A stretch of 64,000 nucleotides of DNA from Polyangiales bacterium (GCA_046351535.1 JAXLYG010000005.1:101334-165333); one strand, 5' to 3'; shown: positions 9,605 to 21,537, counted from the stretch's first letter. Notes: generated by a model not told the origin, from the letters alone. Program-made: numbers and translations.

Positions 9605-9835
9605 TCAGGCGGCGCGAGCGGCCTTCGCGCGCTCGACGTAGCGGCCCATCGACTCGCCCTCGAAGGGCGTCGGGAGCGACGACTCGGAGACGTTGAGCAG
9701 CGCCGCGGCGGTCGCGAGGTAGCCGCAACGCTCGGCGGTGCGCTTGTTGATCTTCTTGCGGGCCTGGGGGTGGAGCCTCGTCGTCACGAAGAGCCACGCA
9801 GACTTCTCGACCGTGCGGAACTTGGGCTTCTGCAT
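9605..9835 (-). CDS. small basic hypothetical protein (76 aa) with a short segment resembling the DciA/DUF721 C-terminal motif
   Basis: The ORF sits directly downstream of gyrB. The segment TVEKSAWLFVTTRLHPQARKKIN is reminiscent of the DUF721 v.v.SsAWaqEL..lkpqL..ln motif. An in-frame stop lies 4 codons upstream of the ATG, so the gene cannot be longer. Confidence 0.3.
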   Translation of the reverse strand: MQKPKFRTVEKSAWLFVTTRLHPQARKKINKRTAERCGYLATAAALLNVSESSLPTPFEGESMGRYVERAKAARAA

Positions 9836-9964
9836 CGCGATGGTGCCTTATCGAAAGGGTTCTCTGGGTGCCCCTATGGGTAGACACCCGAAGAGGGGGC
9901 GCTGTCATAGACGGGCGTCGAGCTTCTGTCAATCGCTCGGTTGGAGCCGCGCGAAGTAGGGATC

Positions 9965-12529
<2,565 letters not shown>

Positions 12530-12598
12530 CTATCAGAACCCACAGCGGAATACAAGGACAGGGAATGTCTCTTGACCGCTTCGTCGGGAGCGCCTCGT

Positions 12599-13687
12599 TC
12601 AAGGGGCCGGGGTGACCTTCCCGTCGCTCACGTCGAAGCGCCTGGCGCGGGGGAGGAGGGCCGCGATGCCCGGGTCGGTGGTGGTCACCCACACCTGCGC
12701 GCCGAGCTTCGAGACCAGCTCGAAGAGCCGCTCGATGCGCTCGCGATCGAGCTCGCTCGACACGTCGTCGAGGAGGAGCGCGGGGGTGCTCTTCGTCCTG
12801 CTCTCGATGACGTGAAGCTCCGCGAGGCGCAGGGCCAGGGCGAGGGCGCGGGTCTGCCCCTGCGAGGCCACCACCCTGGCCGGTCGCGCGCCCCAGGTGA
12901 GCGTGAGGTCGTCGGCGTGGGGGCCGAAGAGGGTGGTGCGGCGCGCGAGGTCGTTCTGCACGCCGCCCGCGAGCATCGAGGCGTACGCGACCTGATCGCC
13001 GGGGGCCTTCGCGCGGTACGCCACGGAGATGATCTCGGGCGTGCGGGTGAGCGTGCCGAGGCTCTCCTGCGCGGCGTGGACGAGGTCGCCGACGACGGAC
13101 TCGCGGGCCCGCACCACGGCGCTCCCGTAGCGCGCGAGGGGGAAGTCGTAGGCCTGCACGGCGCGGAGGTTGGGGTGGCGCTCTCGCAGCAGCGCGTTGC
13201 GCGACCGCAGGGCCTTCGCGTAGCTCTTGAGGGCCTCGCCGTACCCATCCACCACGCGCACGAGGATGCGGTCGAGGAGCCTCCGTCGGATGTCGGGCGC
13301 GCCGAGCACGAGGTCGAGGTCGCCGGGCTGAAACACCACGCACGACGCTCCGCCGAAGTACTCGACCGCGCGCTCGGGGCGCTTTCCGTCGAGGAGGATC
13401 TCGCGGGCCGTGCGCGTGAGCTTGATGCGGTACTCGTGGGCGAGGGCCACGGACTCGACGCGCAGGAGAATCTGCGCGGCCTCGGCCTCGTGGCCCACGA
13501 GCTGCGCCCGCGTCGCGCCGCGGAACGACCGCAGCGAGGCCGCGTAGTCGATCGCCTCGAGGATCGACGTCTTGCCCTGACCGTTGGCGCCGAGGAGCAC
13601 GTTGGCGCGCGCGTCGGGGATGACACGCGCGCCCTGGAGGTTTCGAAAGCCTCCAGCGAAGAGCTCGGTGATTCGTACGGGGGTCAC
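12599..13687 (-). CDS. recF: DNA replication and repair protein RecF
   Basis: 362 aa with Walker A (LLGANGQGKTSILEAI) and the typical RecF signature. It sits between dnaN and gyrB. Confidence 0.9.
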   Translation of the reverse strand: MTPVRITELFAGGFRNLQGARVIPDARANVLLGANGQGKTSILEAIDYAASLRSFRGATRAQLVGHEAEAAQILLRVESVALAHEYRIKLTRTAREILLDGKRPERAVEYFGGASCVVFQPGDLDLVLGAPDIRRRLLDRILVRVVDGYGEALKSYAKALRSRNALLRERHPNLRAVQAYDFPLARYGSAVVRARESVVGDLVHAAQESLGTLTRTPEIISVAYRAKAPGDQVAYASMLAGGVQNDLARRTTLFGPHADDLTLTWGARPARVVASQGQTRALALALRLAELHVIESRTKSTPALLLDDVSSELDRERIERLFELVSKLGAQVWVTTTDPGIAALLPRARRFDVSDGKVTPAP

Positions 13688-13721
13688 GACCTGCGGCGCG
13701 GAGAGAGTGAGATCGAAGCGC

Positions 13722-14861
13722 TCAGATGCGCATGGGCATGATGACGCCGATGAAGTCGTTGCGTCCGACGGGGCGCACGACGCCGGGGTCGAGCTCGCCC
13801 GAGAGGTCGAGGGCGACGTCGTCGGTGACGAGCGCGTTGAGCACGTCGATGAGGTACTTGCTGTTGAAGCCGATGGTCACGTCGGGGCCCGTGAGCTCGG
13901 CGTCGAGCTCATCTTGTCCAGCGCCCACGTCGGGGTTCTCGCTCGACAGGATGGCCTTCGAACCGCTCATCGCGAGCTTCACGCCGCTGGTGCGGTCGGC
14001 GGCGACGAGCGACACGGCGCGGAGGGCGTCGAGGAAGGCGAGGCGGTTGATGCGCGCGCCGCGGTCGGTGCCCGTGGGGATGACCTGCTCGTACGAGGGG
14101 AAGGCCGCGTCGACGAGCTTGGAGCTGAGGGTCATCCCTTCGCGCTGAAAGAACACGGGGCCCTGCGAGCTGGCGGCGCCGACGGAGAGGGTGGCGGGTC
14201 CGGCCTCCTTGCGCTCGGCCTTGTCGGCGCGGACCTCGTCGACCATGCGCTTGACCTCGTGGATGCTCTTGGCGGGGATGAGGAGCTTGGAGGCCCCGCG
14301 CATCCCGGGGACGGTGCGCTCGGCCTTGGAGAGCCTGTGGCCGTCGGTGGTGACCATGCGCAGCGTCTCGCCCTGCATCTCGAAGAGGGCGGCGGCGAGG
14401 TGGGGCCGCGTGTCGTCGGTCGACATCGAGAACGAGGTGAGCGAGATGAGGTCGGCCAGGTCGTCGACGGGGATGGCCGTGAGGGGCGTCTTCCCGGGGT
14501 CGGGCATGGTGGGGAAGTCTTCGCCGGGCATCCCCGTGAGGTCGAAGCGGCGCTTGCCGGCCTTGAGCCTCGCGGTGAAGTTCTTCTCGACCGTGACGGT
14601 GATGTCTCCGTCGGGGAGGGCGCGCACCGTGTCGAAGACGTGCCGCGCGTGGAGGGCCACGGAGCCGGGCTTCTTCACCTCCGCGCGCATGGTGCCCGTC
14701 ACCGAGAGCAGCAGGTCGGTCGCTGCGAGGCGCACGCTCCCGCTCGCGTCGGCGGCGATCAGCACGTTGGCCAGGATCGGCATGGCGGACTTCTTGTCGG
14801 CCACGCTCTGCACTCGGCTGAGACCCTTCACGAAGTCCCGCTTGTTGACCACGAACTCCAT
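13722..14861 (-). CDS. dnaN: DNA polymerase III subunit beta (sliding clamp)
   Basis: 379 aa with a three-domain clamp pattern (MEFVVNKRDFVKGLSRVQSVADKK...ILANVLI). Located downstream of dnaA. Confidence 0.9.
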   Translation of the reverse strand: MEFVVNKRDFVKGLSRVQSVADKKSAMPILANVLIAADASGSVRLAATDLLLSVTGTMRAEVKKPGSVALHARHVFDTVRALPDGDITVTVEKNFTARLKAGKRRFDLTGMPGEDFPTMPDPGKTPLTAIPVDDLADLISLTSFSMSTDDTRPHLAAALFEMQGETLRMVTTDGHRLSKAERTVPGMRGASKLLIPAKSIHEVKRMVDEVRADKAERKEAGPATLSVGAASSQGPVFFQREGMTLSSKLVDAAFPSYEQVIPTGTDRGARINRLAFLDALRAVSLVAADRTSGVKLAMSGSKAILSSENPDVGAGQDELDAELTGPDVTIGFNSKYLIDVLNALVTDDVALDLSGELDPGVVRPVGRNDFIGVIMPMRI

Positions 14862-14904
14862 CTCGTCACGCTCCTGCGCTGAGGCTCTCAGGGGGTTGTT
14901 CCCT

Positions 14905-15148
14905 GCTCTTCTACTCTGTTGATAGGAGAAATGAATTTAGAAACAGTACACCGTACATAGATCCTGTGGAGACGGGGGGAAGCGTTGTAAGTACCCGTAA
15001 CTCCATCGGATTCGAAGTGGACAGCGGGAGGGACTCCAGGTGTGGACATCCTGCGGAGGGTCGGGAAGCCGGTTCGTCCACAGGGCCATCCACAGGGGAT
15101 GTCCCAGGGGGAGTTCACGGTGCCTTCCACAGGGTGATCCACAGGCGA
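14905..15148. promoter_or_regulatory. oriC candidate: AT-rich DUE-like stretch plus a DnaA-box cluster in the dnaA-dnaN intergenic region
   Basis: AT-rich stretch 14905-14960 (ttctactctgttgataggagaaatgaatttagaaacagtacaccgtacataga). At least six DnaA-box-like 9-mers with core TCCACAGG: 14961-14970 (minus), 15039-15050 (minus), TTCGTCCACAGG 15072-15083, CCATCCACAGG 15086-15096, CCTTCCACAGG 15122-15132 and GTGATCCACAGG 15133-15144. Confidence 0.6.
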
Positions 15149-15153
15149 GGGTC

Positions 15154-16761
15154 TCACGCTTCGCTGTCCGAGTGTTCAGTGTTCGGGTGCACCGTCGGAG
15201 GCTGGAACCCGAGCTTCACCGAGAGCGACTCGACGGTGCTCCGCAGCTCCGCGTCGTCGGGGAGGAGCTTCTCGATCCTTCGCACGGCGGACATCACGGT
15301 GGTGTGGTCCTTTCCGCCGAACTTCGCGCCGATCTGGGGGAACGACGTGCCGAGGTGGACGCGCGCGAGGAACATCGCGACCTGGCGCGCGATGGCGACC
15401 TCGCGGTGCCGGTCCTTGCCCGTGAGCTCCGACTGCTTGATGCGGTAGTGCTCGCAGACGGCGCGCTGCACGTCGTCGACGGTCACCACGGCGGGCCTCG
15501 CCCCGATGCGCAGGGTGTCCCTCACCATCGCCGTGTCGATGGAGGGGCGGCCCGAGATGTTGGCCTTGATGGCCAGCTTCATGAGCATGCCTTCGAGCTC
15601 GCGGACGCTGGTGTTCGCGGCGCCTGCGATGGCGAAGGCGGCGTCGTCGTCGAGGCGGACGTTCTCCTGCTCGGCCTTCTTCCGCAGGATCGCGACGCGG
15701 GTCTCGACCTCGGGGGTGTAGACCTCGGCGACGAGGCCCGAGCCGAAGCGCGACACGAGGCGCTCGGCCATGCCCTGGAGCTTCTGCGGGAGCACGTCGC
15801 TCGTGAGCACGATGGCGGCCTCGCGCTGGTAGAGCGCGTTGAACGTGTGGAAGAACTCCTCCTGCGTGCCCTCCTTCCCCGCGAGGAACTGCACGTCGTC
15901 GATGAGGAGCGCGTCGCACTGGTTGCGGTAGCGCGCGCGGAACTCGTCCATCTTCCGCTGCTGGATGGCCGCCACGTACTCGTTGGTGAAGGTCTCGGCG
16001 GAGACGTACACGATCCGCGCGTCGGGCTTCTGCTCGAGGATCTTGTGCCCCACGGCGTTGGAGAGGTGCGTCTTGCCGAGGCCCGTTCCGCCGCAGAGGA
16101 AGAGCACGTTGACCCGTCGGCCCGAGAGGTTCGAGAGGGCGAGGGCCATCGCGTGCGCGACCTGATTCGAAGGCCCGATCACGAACTGGTCGAAGGTGTA
16201 CTTGGGCGACAGGCCCGCGGAGAACGATCCCACCGCCGCACCCACGGAGGCTCCCACGGGGGCGGTGGCCGTGCGGGCCGCGGAGGGCTGTGAGGGCGCG
16301 TTGCGCGGGGCCACGGGGCGCTGCGACGGCTGCTGCGGGATCTGCGCGCTCTGGGTCTGCTGCGGCGGGTTCGGGAGCGTCGGCGCGACGATGCGTCCGA
16401 CGGGCTTCGGCGGAGACTTCGGCGCGGGCGAGAGCTTCGGCAGCGCGGCCATCGACACGACGCTCGCGGCCCAGTGCAGAGACCAGGGCTCGCCCGTCAC
16501 GATGCGGAGCTGCTCCTCGATGGCCGCGGTGTAGGCCTTCGAGACCCACTCGCGCGAGAAGTCGTTCGCGGCGCGGAGGAGGAGCACGCCCCCCGCGGCG
16601 TCGAGGGCCTCGATCGGTCGCAGGAGCTTGTCGATCATCTGCGCGCCGACCTTGCCCGAGAGGGAGGCGATCACCTTCTGCCAGAGCTCGTTCGCGTCGG
16701 GGTTCACGGGGGAAGATCTTTCGTCGCGTCGGCGCCCTTCCACAGGGTTATCCACAGGCAT
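15154..16761 (-). CDS. dnaA: chromosomal replication initiator protein DnaA
   Basis: 535 aa. N-terminus ELWQKVIASLSGKV, a Pro/Gln-rich linker, AAA+ Walker A (LFLCGGTGLGKTHL), sensor and box VII motifs, and C-terminal DNA-binding domain IV (KDRHREVAIARQVAMFLAR...GGKDHTTVMSA). Confidence 0.95.
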   Translation of the reverse strand: MPVDNPVEGRRRDERSSPVNPDANELWQKVIASLSGKVGAQMIDKLLRPIEALDAAGGVLLLRAANDFSREWVSKAYTAAIEEQLRIVTGEPWSLHWAASVVSMAALPKLSPAPKSPPKPVGRIVAPTLPNPPQQTQSAQIPQQPSQRPVAPRNAPSQPSAARTATAPVGASVGAAVGSFSAGLSPKYTFDQFVIGPSNQVAHAMALALSNLSGRRVNVLFLCGGTGLGKTHLSNAVGHKILEQKPDARIVYVSAETFTNEYVAAIQQRKMDEFRARYRNQCDALLIDDVQFLAGKEGTQEEFFHTFNALYQREAAIVLTSDVLPQKLQGMAERLVSRFGSGLVAEVYTPEVETRVAILRKKAEQENVRLDDDAAFAIAGAANTSVRELEGMLMKLAIKANISGRPSIDTAMVRDTLRIGARPAVVTVDDVQRAVCEHYRIKQSELTGKDRHREVAIARQVAMFLARVHLGTSFPQIGAKFGGKDHTTVMSAVRRIEKLLPDDAELRSTVESLSVKLGFQPPTVHPNTEHSDSEA

Positions 16762-17032
16762 GGGCGCACCGGTAGCGGTGCTGACTTTCGCCGGATCAGC
16801 TGCGTTTCGCGAGAAATCGACGAAGTTCGATCGGCGCCTCTGGAGCTCGCGCGGAGAAAATTGTCCACAGCCCCTCGCGCCCCGTGTTTGATCGGGCCGA
16901 CGGAGGGTGAAGGGGGCGGCGCGCGGGGGCGACTGGCGGGTGGGGCGGAGGTGACCGAACGGGGTTTTCCACAGCCCTGTGGATTCGCTGCCAGGAAATA
17001 GACGGCGGTCTCGCTGCCGTTATATGTCCACC
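16741..17032. promoter_or_regulatory. dnaA promoter/autoregulatory region with DnaA boxes
   Basis: GTTATCCACAGG overlaps the dnaA start (16748-16759). TTGTCCACAG at 16861-16870. Convergent pair TTTTCCACAG (16965-16974) and CTGTGGATTC (16978-16987). ATGTCCACC at 17024-17032. Confidence 0.55.
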
Positions 17033-17036
17033 CGCG

Positions 17037-17933
17037 ATGAACGCCCGACGCACGATCTCTACGTCCCTCGTGACGCTGGCCGCGACGATGACCCTGTCTT
17101 CGGCCGCGTACGCGCAGGTCGCGGGCGCGCCCGAGACGCCCACCACCACGCGCATGATGGCCCTCGGCGGCAACGCGCAGGCCGCGGCGCAGAGCACGTC
17201 GGGCGTGTTCTCGAACCCCGCGGCGATGAGCCTCGGGCGCGTCTATCACGTCGACTCGTCGATCCTGTTCGACCCGACGGTGAACCGCTGGGCCTTCGGC
17301 GGCACGGTGGCCGACACCACGCGCATGGTCAGCGCGTCGCTCTCGTACAACTACTCGCTGCTCGACGGGAGCGAGTCGCGGCACAACCACGACGTGCGCC
17401 TCGGGCTCTCGGTGCTGCTCACCGAGGGCGTCGCGCTCGGCGTGACCACCCGCTACATGAACTACGACGGCACGCAGACGACCAACACGCGGCTCGGCAC
17501 GGCGTACAGCGGGCTCACCGTCGACGTGGGCGCGGTGGTGCGTCCGGCGAGCTTCCTCACGCTGGCGGTGACGGGCTACTCGCTCACGAACCCCGACACG
17601 TCGCTCACGCCCATCTCCGTGGGTGGCGGCGTGGCGATCACGCCCGTCGACATCCTCAGCGTCATCGTCGACAACGTGTGGGACCTGCGCTCGTTCTCGG
17701 AGCCGCGCATGCGCCTCAACGGCGGCGTGGAGCTCATGCTCGGGCACATCCCCGTGCGCGCGGGCTACCTCTTCGACGACACGCGGCTCAACGGCCCGGT
17801 GCACACGGTCACGGGCGGACTCGGGTACCTCGACACGGCCTTCGGCGTCGAGGCGGCCATCCGTCAGGACGTGGCGGGGTCGAGCCAGACCACCCTGATG
17901 CTCAACATCCGGTACTTCTACCGAAGCATGTAG
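17037..17933 (+). CDS. outer-membrane beta-barrel protein (hypothetical)
   Basis: Signal peptide ending AAYAQ. Alternating amphipathic beta-strand pattern, Gly/Thr/Ser/Tyr-rich. The C-terminus ends ...LNIRYFYRSM, an aromatic OMP-like terminal strand. Confidence 0.5.
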   Translation: MNARRTISTSLVTLAATMTLSSAAYAQVAGAPETPTTTRMMALGGNAQAAAQSTSGVFSNPAAMSLGRVYHVDSSILFDPTVNRWAFGGTVADTTRMVSASLSYNYSLLDGSESRHNHDVRLGLSVLLTEGVALGVTTRYMNYDGTQTTNTRLGTAYSGLTVDVGAVVRPASFLTLAVTGYSLTNPDTSLTPISVGGGVAITPVDILSVIVDNVWDLRSFSEPRMRLNGGVELMLGHIPVRAGYLFDDTRLNGPVHTVTGGLGYLDTAFGVEAAIRQDVAGSSQTTLMLNIRYFYRSM

Positions 17934-18027
17934 CCGAGGGAACCACTCGACACCGCGAACGGTCTCGGCGTATGTGCCAGAGCGTGGTGCAAACGGCGGT
18001 GAGGTCCGCGACGAGGGACTGGTTGCC

Positions 18028-18630
18028 ATGAACCTCGACCTCGAGGCCGAGCGCAAGCTCGTCGAGCGGCTCAAGAAGCGCGACGAGGCCGCGTTCAACA
18101 CCTTCGTGCGGCTCTACCAGGACAAGGTCTTCTCGCTCGTCAACCGCATGCTGAACAACCGCGCCGAGGCCGAGGACCTCGCGCAAGAGGTGTTCATCAC
18201 GGTGTTCAAATCGATCGACCAGTTTCGCGGCGACGCGAGGCTCGGGACGTGGCTCTACCGCGTCGCGGTGAACCACACGAAGAACCGCGTGAAGTACCTC
18301 GACCGCCGCTCGCGCAAGGGCCACGGCGACATCGACAACGCGCCCGAGGCCGAGGTCGCCAAAGGGGGCCCCGTCACCTCGCGCGTCGATCGACCCGACG
18401 AGCGCACCGAGGGCGGCGAGCTCGAGGTGAAGATCCGCGTGGCGCTGGCCTCCCTCGACGCGGACCACAGGGAGCTCATCGTGTTGCGCGACCTCGAGGG
18501 GCTCTCGTACGAAGAGATCGTAGGGATCACGGGCCTGCCCGACGGGACCGTGAAGAGCAGGCTCCACCGCGCGCGCGCCGCGCTGCGTGAGGCCATCGAG
18601 AAAGGGTTGGGATGGAAGCTCCCGGAATGA
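18028..18630 (+). CDS. ECF-family RNA polymerase sigma factor (sigma-24/RpoE-like)
   Basis: Region 2 (DLAQEVFITVFKSIDQFRGDARLGTWLYRVAVNHTKN) and region 4 (DADHRELIVLRDLEGLSYEEIVGITGLPDGTVKSRLHRARAALR). Start taken at ATG 18028 (MNLDLEAER). Confidence 0.8.
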   Translation: MNLDLEAERKLVERLKKRDEAAFNTFVRLYQDKVFSLVNRMLNNRAEAEDLAQEVFITVFKSIDQFRGDARLGTWLYRVAVNHTKNRVKYLDRRSRKGHGDIDNAPEAEVAKGGPVTSRVDRPDERTEGGELEVKIRVALASLDADHRELIVLRDLEGLSYEEIVGITGLPDGTVKSRLHRARAALREAIEKGLGWKLPE

Positions 18631-19058
18631 CCGACGACGAGGCGCGCGACCTGTTCTCGGCCTACCACGACCGCGAGCTGTCGCCCGAGGAGCACGAGCG
18701 CGTGCGCGCCGCGCTCGAGGCGTCGCCCGCGCTCACCAAGGAGTACGAGGCGTTCTGCGAGCTCATGAAGGGGCTCTCGAACATCGCCGTGCCGCAGGAG
18801 CCCGAGTCAGCGCCCGCCCACACCGCGCGCGCCGAGGCGCCAAAGGTGGACCTCCTCGCGGGCGTGCAGAGCCGTCTGCACAAGCGCTCGGCGGGCAAGT
18901 TCTACAAGGACCGATGGTCGCGCGTGGCGGGGATCTTTCCGATCGAGATCCTCGCGGTGCTGGTGCTCGTGGGGCTGGTGATGGCGTACTACGCGATGAC
19001 CTCGATCACGATCGAGCCCGCGCCCGATCACACGGCGCCGACGGCGCCTTCGCGGTAG
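18612..19058 (+). CDS. anti-sigma factor (single-pass membrane protein) cognate to the upstream ECF sigma
   Basis: It overlaps the sigma gene by 19 nt. N-terminal anti-sigma-like helix region (ARDLFSAYHDRELSPEEHERVRAALE...FCELMKGL) followed by one TM helix (IFPIEILAVLVLVGLVMAYYA). Confidence 0.6.
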   Translation: MEAPGMTDDEARDLFSAYHDRELSPEEHERVRAALEASPALTKEYEAFCELMKGLSNIAVPQEPESAPAHTARAEAPKVDLLAGVQSRLHKRSAGKFYKDRWSRVAGIFPIEILAVLVLVGLVMAYYAMTSITIEPAPDHTAPTAPSR

Positions 19059-20299
19059 GTCTTCACCGTCGCCATGATCTCGGCTTCGGAGAGGAGCCGG
19101 TCGGTGGCCTTGGCCTGGCGCAGCACCTCTTGAACGAGGGCGGCCTCGGGCTCGATGCGGTGCGCGCGGAGCCAGTGCTGCACGTTGCTCGCGCCGCTCA
19201 TGGGGCCGATCTCGATCTCCTGCGAGCGGCCGAACATGCCCGCGGGGACGCCCGAGTAGATCCGGTCGGCGAGCCACGCGTCGCCCTTCGCGTGGGCCTT
19301 GATGATGGCCGCCGCGTGCACGCCCGTCGACGTGCGGAACGCGTCGGCGCCCACGAGGGGATAGTTCACCGGCACGGGCATCGCCGTGGCCTTCGAAGCC
19401 ACCTCGCAGTAGCGGATGAGGTTGGTGAGGTCCTGGTGGTCGAGGGCGCCCGCGAGCTTGAGGTTGAGGAGGATGAGCTCCATCGCGGTGTTGCCGACGC
19501 GCTCGCCGATGCCGCCCGCGGTGCCGTGCACGCGGTCGATGCCCTCTTCGACGGCGATGAGCGCGTTGACGAGCCCGAGGCCGCGGTCGTTGTGGTTGTG
19601 GAAGTCGAGCTTCACGTGGTGCGCGCCCATGCCGGCGAGGATGTTCCTCGCGAAGCGGATGAGGTTGCGCACGCCGTCGGGCGTCGCGTGGCCGACGGTG
19701 TCGCAGAGGCAGAGCCGTGATGCGCCGTGGTCGACGGCGTTCTTGAAGAGCGCCGCGAGGGCCTCGGGCCGCGAGCGGATCGTGTCTTCGGTGACGTAGG
19801 CCACGGGGAGGCCGTTCTTCACGGCGAAATCGATGGCCTCGGCGCTCGTCTTGAGGAGCCGCTCGACGTCCCAGTTCTCGGCGAAGAGGCGGATCGGCGA
19901 GCTGCCGATGAAGGTGTAGACCTCGAGGGGAATGCCCGCCTTCTGCGAGATCTCGACCATCGGCGCGATGTCGGCCACGACGGTTCTTCCCGCGGCGGCG
20001 GGGCGCACCTTGAGCTTCGACGAGACGATCTCCTGGCACATGCGCAGGACGTCGTCGTAGGCGCGCTTCGTCGAACCGGGCAGGCCGATGTCCGCGGCGT
20101 GAATCCCGATGGAGTCCATCAGGTGGACGAGCTCGAGCTTCTCGCCGATGGAGGGGTCGCGGACGGAGGGGTTCTGGAGGCCGTCGCGCAGGGTCTCGTC
20201 GAAGAACTCGACCGCGCCGAAGGGCTTGTGGCGGCGGCCGACTTCGTTCCAGTCGTAGATGAGGTCGTCGGCGTGGTGCTCCATAGGGGCGGCGATCAT
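19028..20299 (-). CDS. 2-isopropylmalate synthase / homocitrate synthase family protein (DRE-TIM metallolyase), short form without an obvious C-terminal regulatory domain
   Basis: DRE-TIM aldolase motifs are present: FFDETLRDGLQNP ... KLDFHNHNDRGLGLVNALIAVEEG ... HGTAGGIGERVGNTAMELI. I place the start at ATG 20299 (MIAAPMEHH); the first 131 codons of the 20692 ORF are Arg-rich and look non-coding. The 3' end overlaps the convergent anti-sigma gene by 31 nt. Confidence 0.55.
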   Translation of the reverse strand: MIAAPMEHHADDLIYDWNEVGRRHKPFGAVEFFDETLRDGLQNPSVRDPSIGEKLELVHLMDSIGIHAADIGLPGSTKRAYDDVLRMCQEIVSSKLKVRPAAAGRTVVADIAPMVEISQKAGIPLEVYTFIGSSPIRLFAENWDVERLLKTSAEAIDFAVKNGLPVAYVTEDTIRSRPEALAALFKNAVDHGASRLCLCDTVGHATPDGVRNLIRFARNILAGMGAHHVKLDFHNHNDRGLGLVNALIAVEEGIDRVHGTAGGIGERVGNTAMELILLNLKLAGALDHQDLTNLIRYCEVASKATAMPVPVNYPLVGADAFRTSTGVHAAAIIKAHAKGDAWLADRIYSGVPAGMFGRSQEIEIGPMSGASNVQHWLRAHRIEPEAALVQEVLRQAKATDRLLSEAEIMATVKTYREGAVGAV

Positions 20300-20343
20300 A
20301 GGTCTGATCGGCGGCCGAGTGGAGCGCGAAGGAGGCGCTGCGA

Positions 20344-21537
20344 TCAGAGCTTCTCGATGAGCACCGCGAGGCCCTGGCCTCCGCCGATGCACGCGCTGCC
20401 GATGGCGTAGCGCAGCGAGCGCTGACGGAGCGCGTACGCGAGGTGCGCCGTGATGCGCGCGCCGGAGGCGCCGAGGGGATGACCGAGCGCGATGGCGCCG
20501 CCGTCGACGTTGGTCTTCGCGCGGTCGAGTCCGAGCTCCTTCTCGACAGCGAGGTACTGCGGGGCGAAGGCCTCGTTCACTTCGAAGAGGTCGATCTGGT
20601 CGAGGGTCATCCCCGCGCGCTCGAGGCAGGTGCGAATGGCCGGCGCGGGGCCGATGCCCATGATCGAGGGCTCCACCGCGGCGACGCCCCACTGCACGAG
20701 TCGCGCGATGGGCGTGAGTCCGCGGGCGCGGGCCCAGTCGCCCGACGCGATCACGAGCGCCGCGGCGCCGTCGGAGATGCCCGACGCGTTGCCCGCGGTG
20801 ACGACGCCGTCCTTCTTGAAGACGGGGGCGAGCTTCGCGAGTCCTTCGAGGGTGGTCTGGGGGCGCGGGCCCTCGTCGACCGCGAACGACACGGTGCCCT
20901 TCTTCGAAACGAGGTCGTAGGGGACGATCTCGTCGGCGAAGCGCTTCGCCTCGTTGGCCGCGGCCCAGCGCTGCTGCGAGCCGAGCGCGTACGCGTCGCA
21001 GTCGGCGCGCGAGATGCCGTACTTCACCGCGAGGTTCTCGGCGGTCACGGCCATGGGCGTGTTGCAGTAGCTGTCGGTGAGCGACGACCAGAGCGAGTCT
21101 TCGAGCGAGGGGGCCTTGCCGAAGGCGAAGCCGTCGCGGGCGCCGCGCAGCACGTGGGGCGCCTGGGTCATGTTCTCGGTGCCCGCCGCGAGCACCACCT
21201 CGGACTCGCCGAGGAGGATCTGCTCGGCCGCGGAGATCACGGCCTGAAAGCCCGATCCGCAGAGGCGGTTGAGCGTGAGCGCGGGCGTCGTGATGGGCAG
21301 GCCCGCCTTGAGGCCCACGTGCCGCGCGCAGTAGATCGCGTCGGCCGAGGTCTGCGCCACGTTGCCCACGATCACGTGGCCGATGTCTTCGGCCTTCACG
21401 CCGCTCTGCGCGAGCGCCGCCTTCGACGCGTGCGCCGCGAGGTCGTTGGCCGACACGGCCTTGAGCGAGCCAGACAGCGCTCCGAACGCCGTACGCTTCG
21501 CCGAGAGGATCACCACTTCACGAGAGAGCTTCGCCAT
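20344..21537 (-). CDS. acetyl-CoA C-acyltransferase (thiolase)
   Basis: 397 aa with the active-site Cys region (LNRLCGSGFQAVISAAEQI) and C-terminal thiolase signatures (NVDGGAIALGHPLGASGARI, ACIGGGQGLAVLIE). Confidence 0.85.
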   Translation of the reverse strand: MAKLSREVVILSAKRTAFGALSGSLKAVSANDLAAHASKAALAQSGVKAEDIGHVIVGNVAQTSADAIYCARHVGLKAGLPITTPALTLNRLCGSGFQAVISAAEQILLGESEVVLAAGTENMTQAPHVLRGARDGFAFGKAPSLEDSLWSSLTDSYCNTPMAVTAENLAVKYGISRADCDAYALGSQQRWAAANEAKRFADEIVPYDLVSKKGTVSFAVDEGPRPQTTLEGLAKLAPVFKKDGVVTAGNASGISDGAAALVIASGDWARARGLTPIARLVQWGVAAVEPSIMGIGPAPAIRTCLERAGMTLDQIDLFEVNEAFAPQYLAVEKELGLDRAKTNVDGGAIALGHPLGASGARITAHLAYALRQRSLRYAIGSACIGGGQGLAVLIEKL

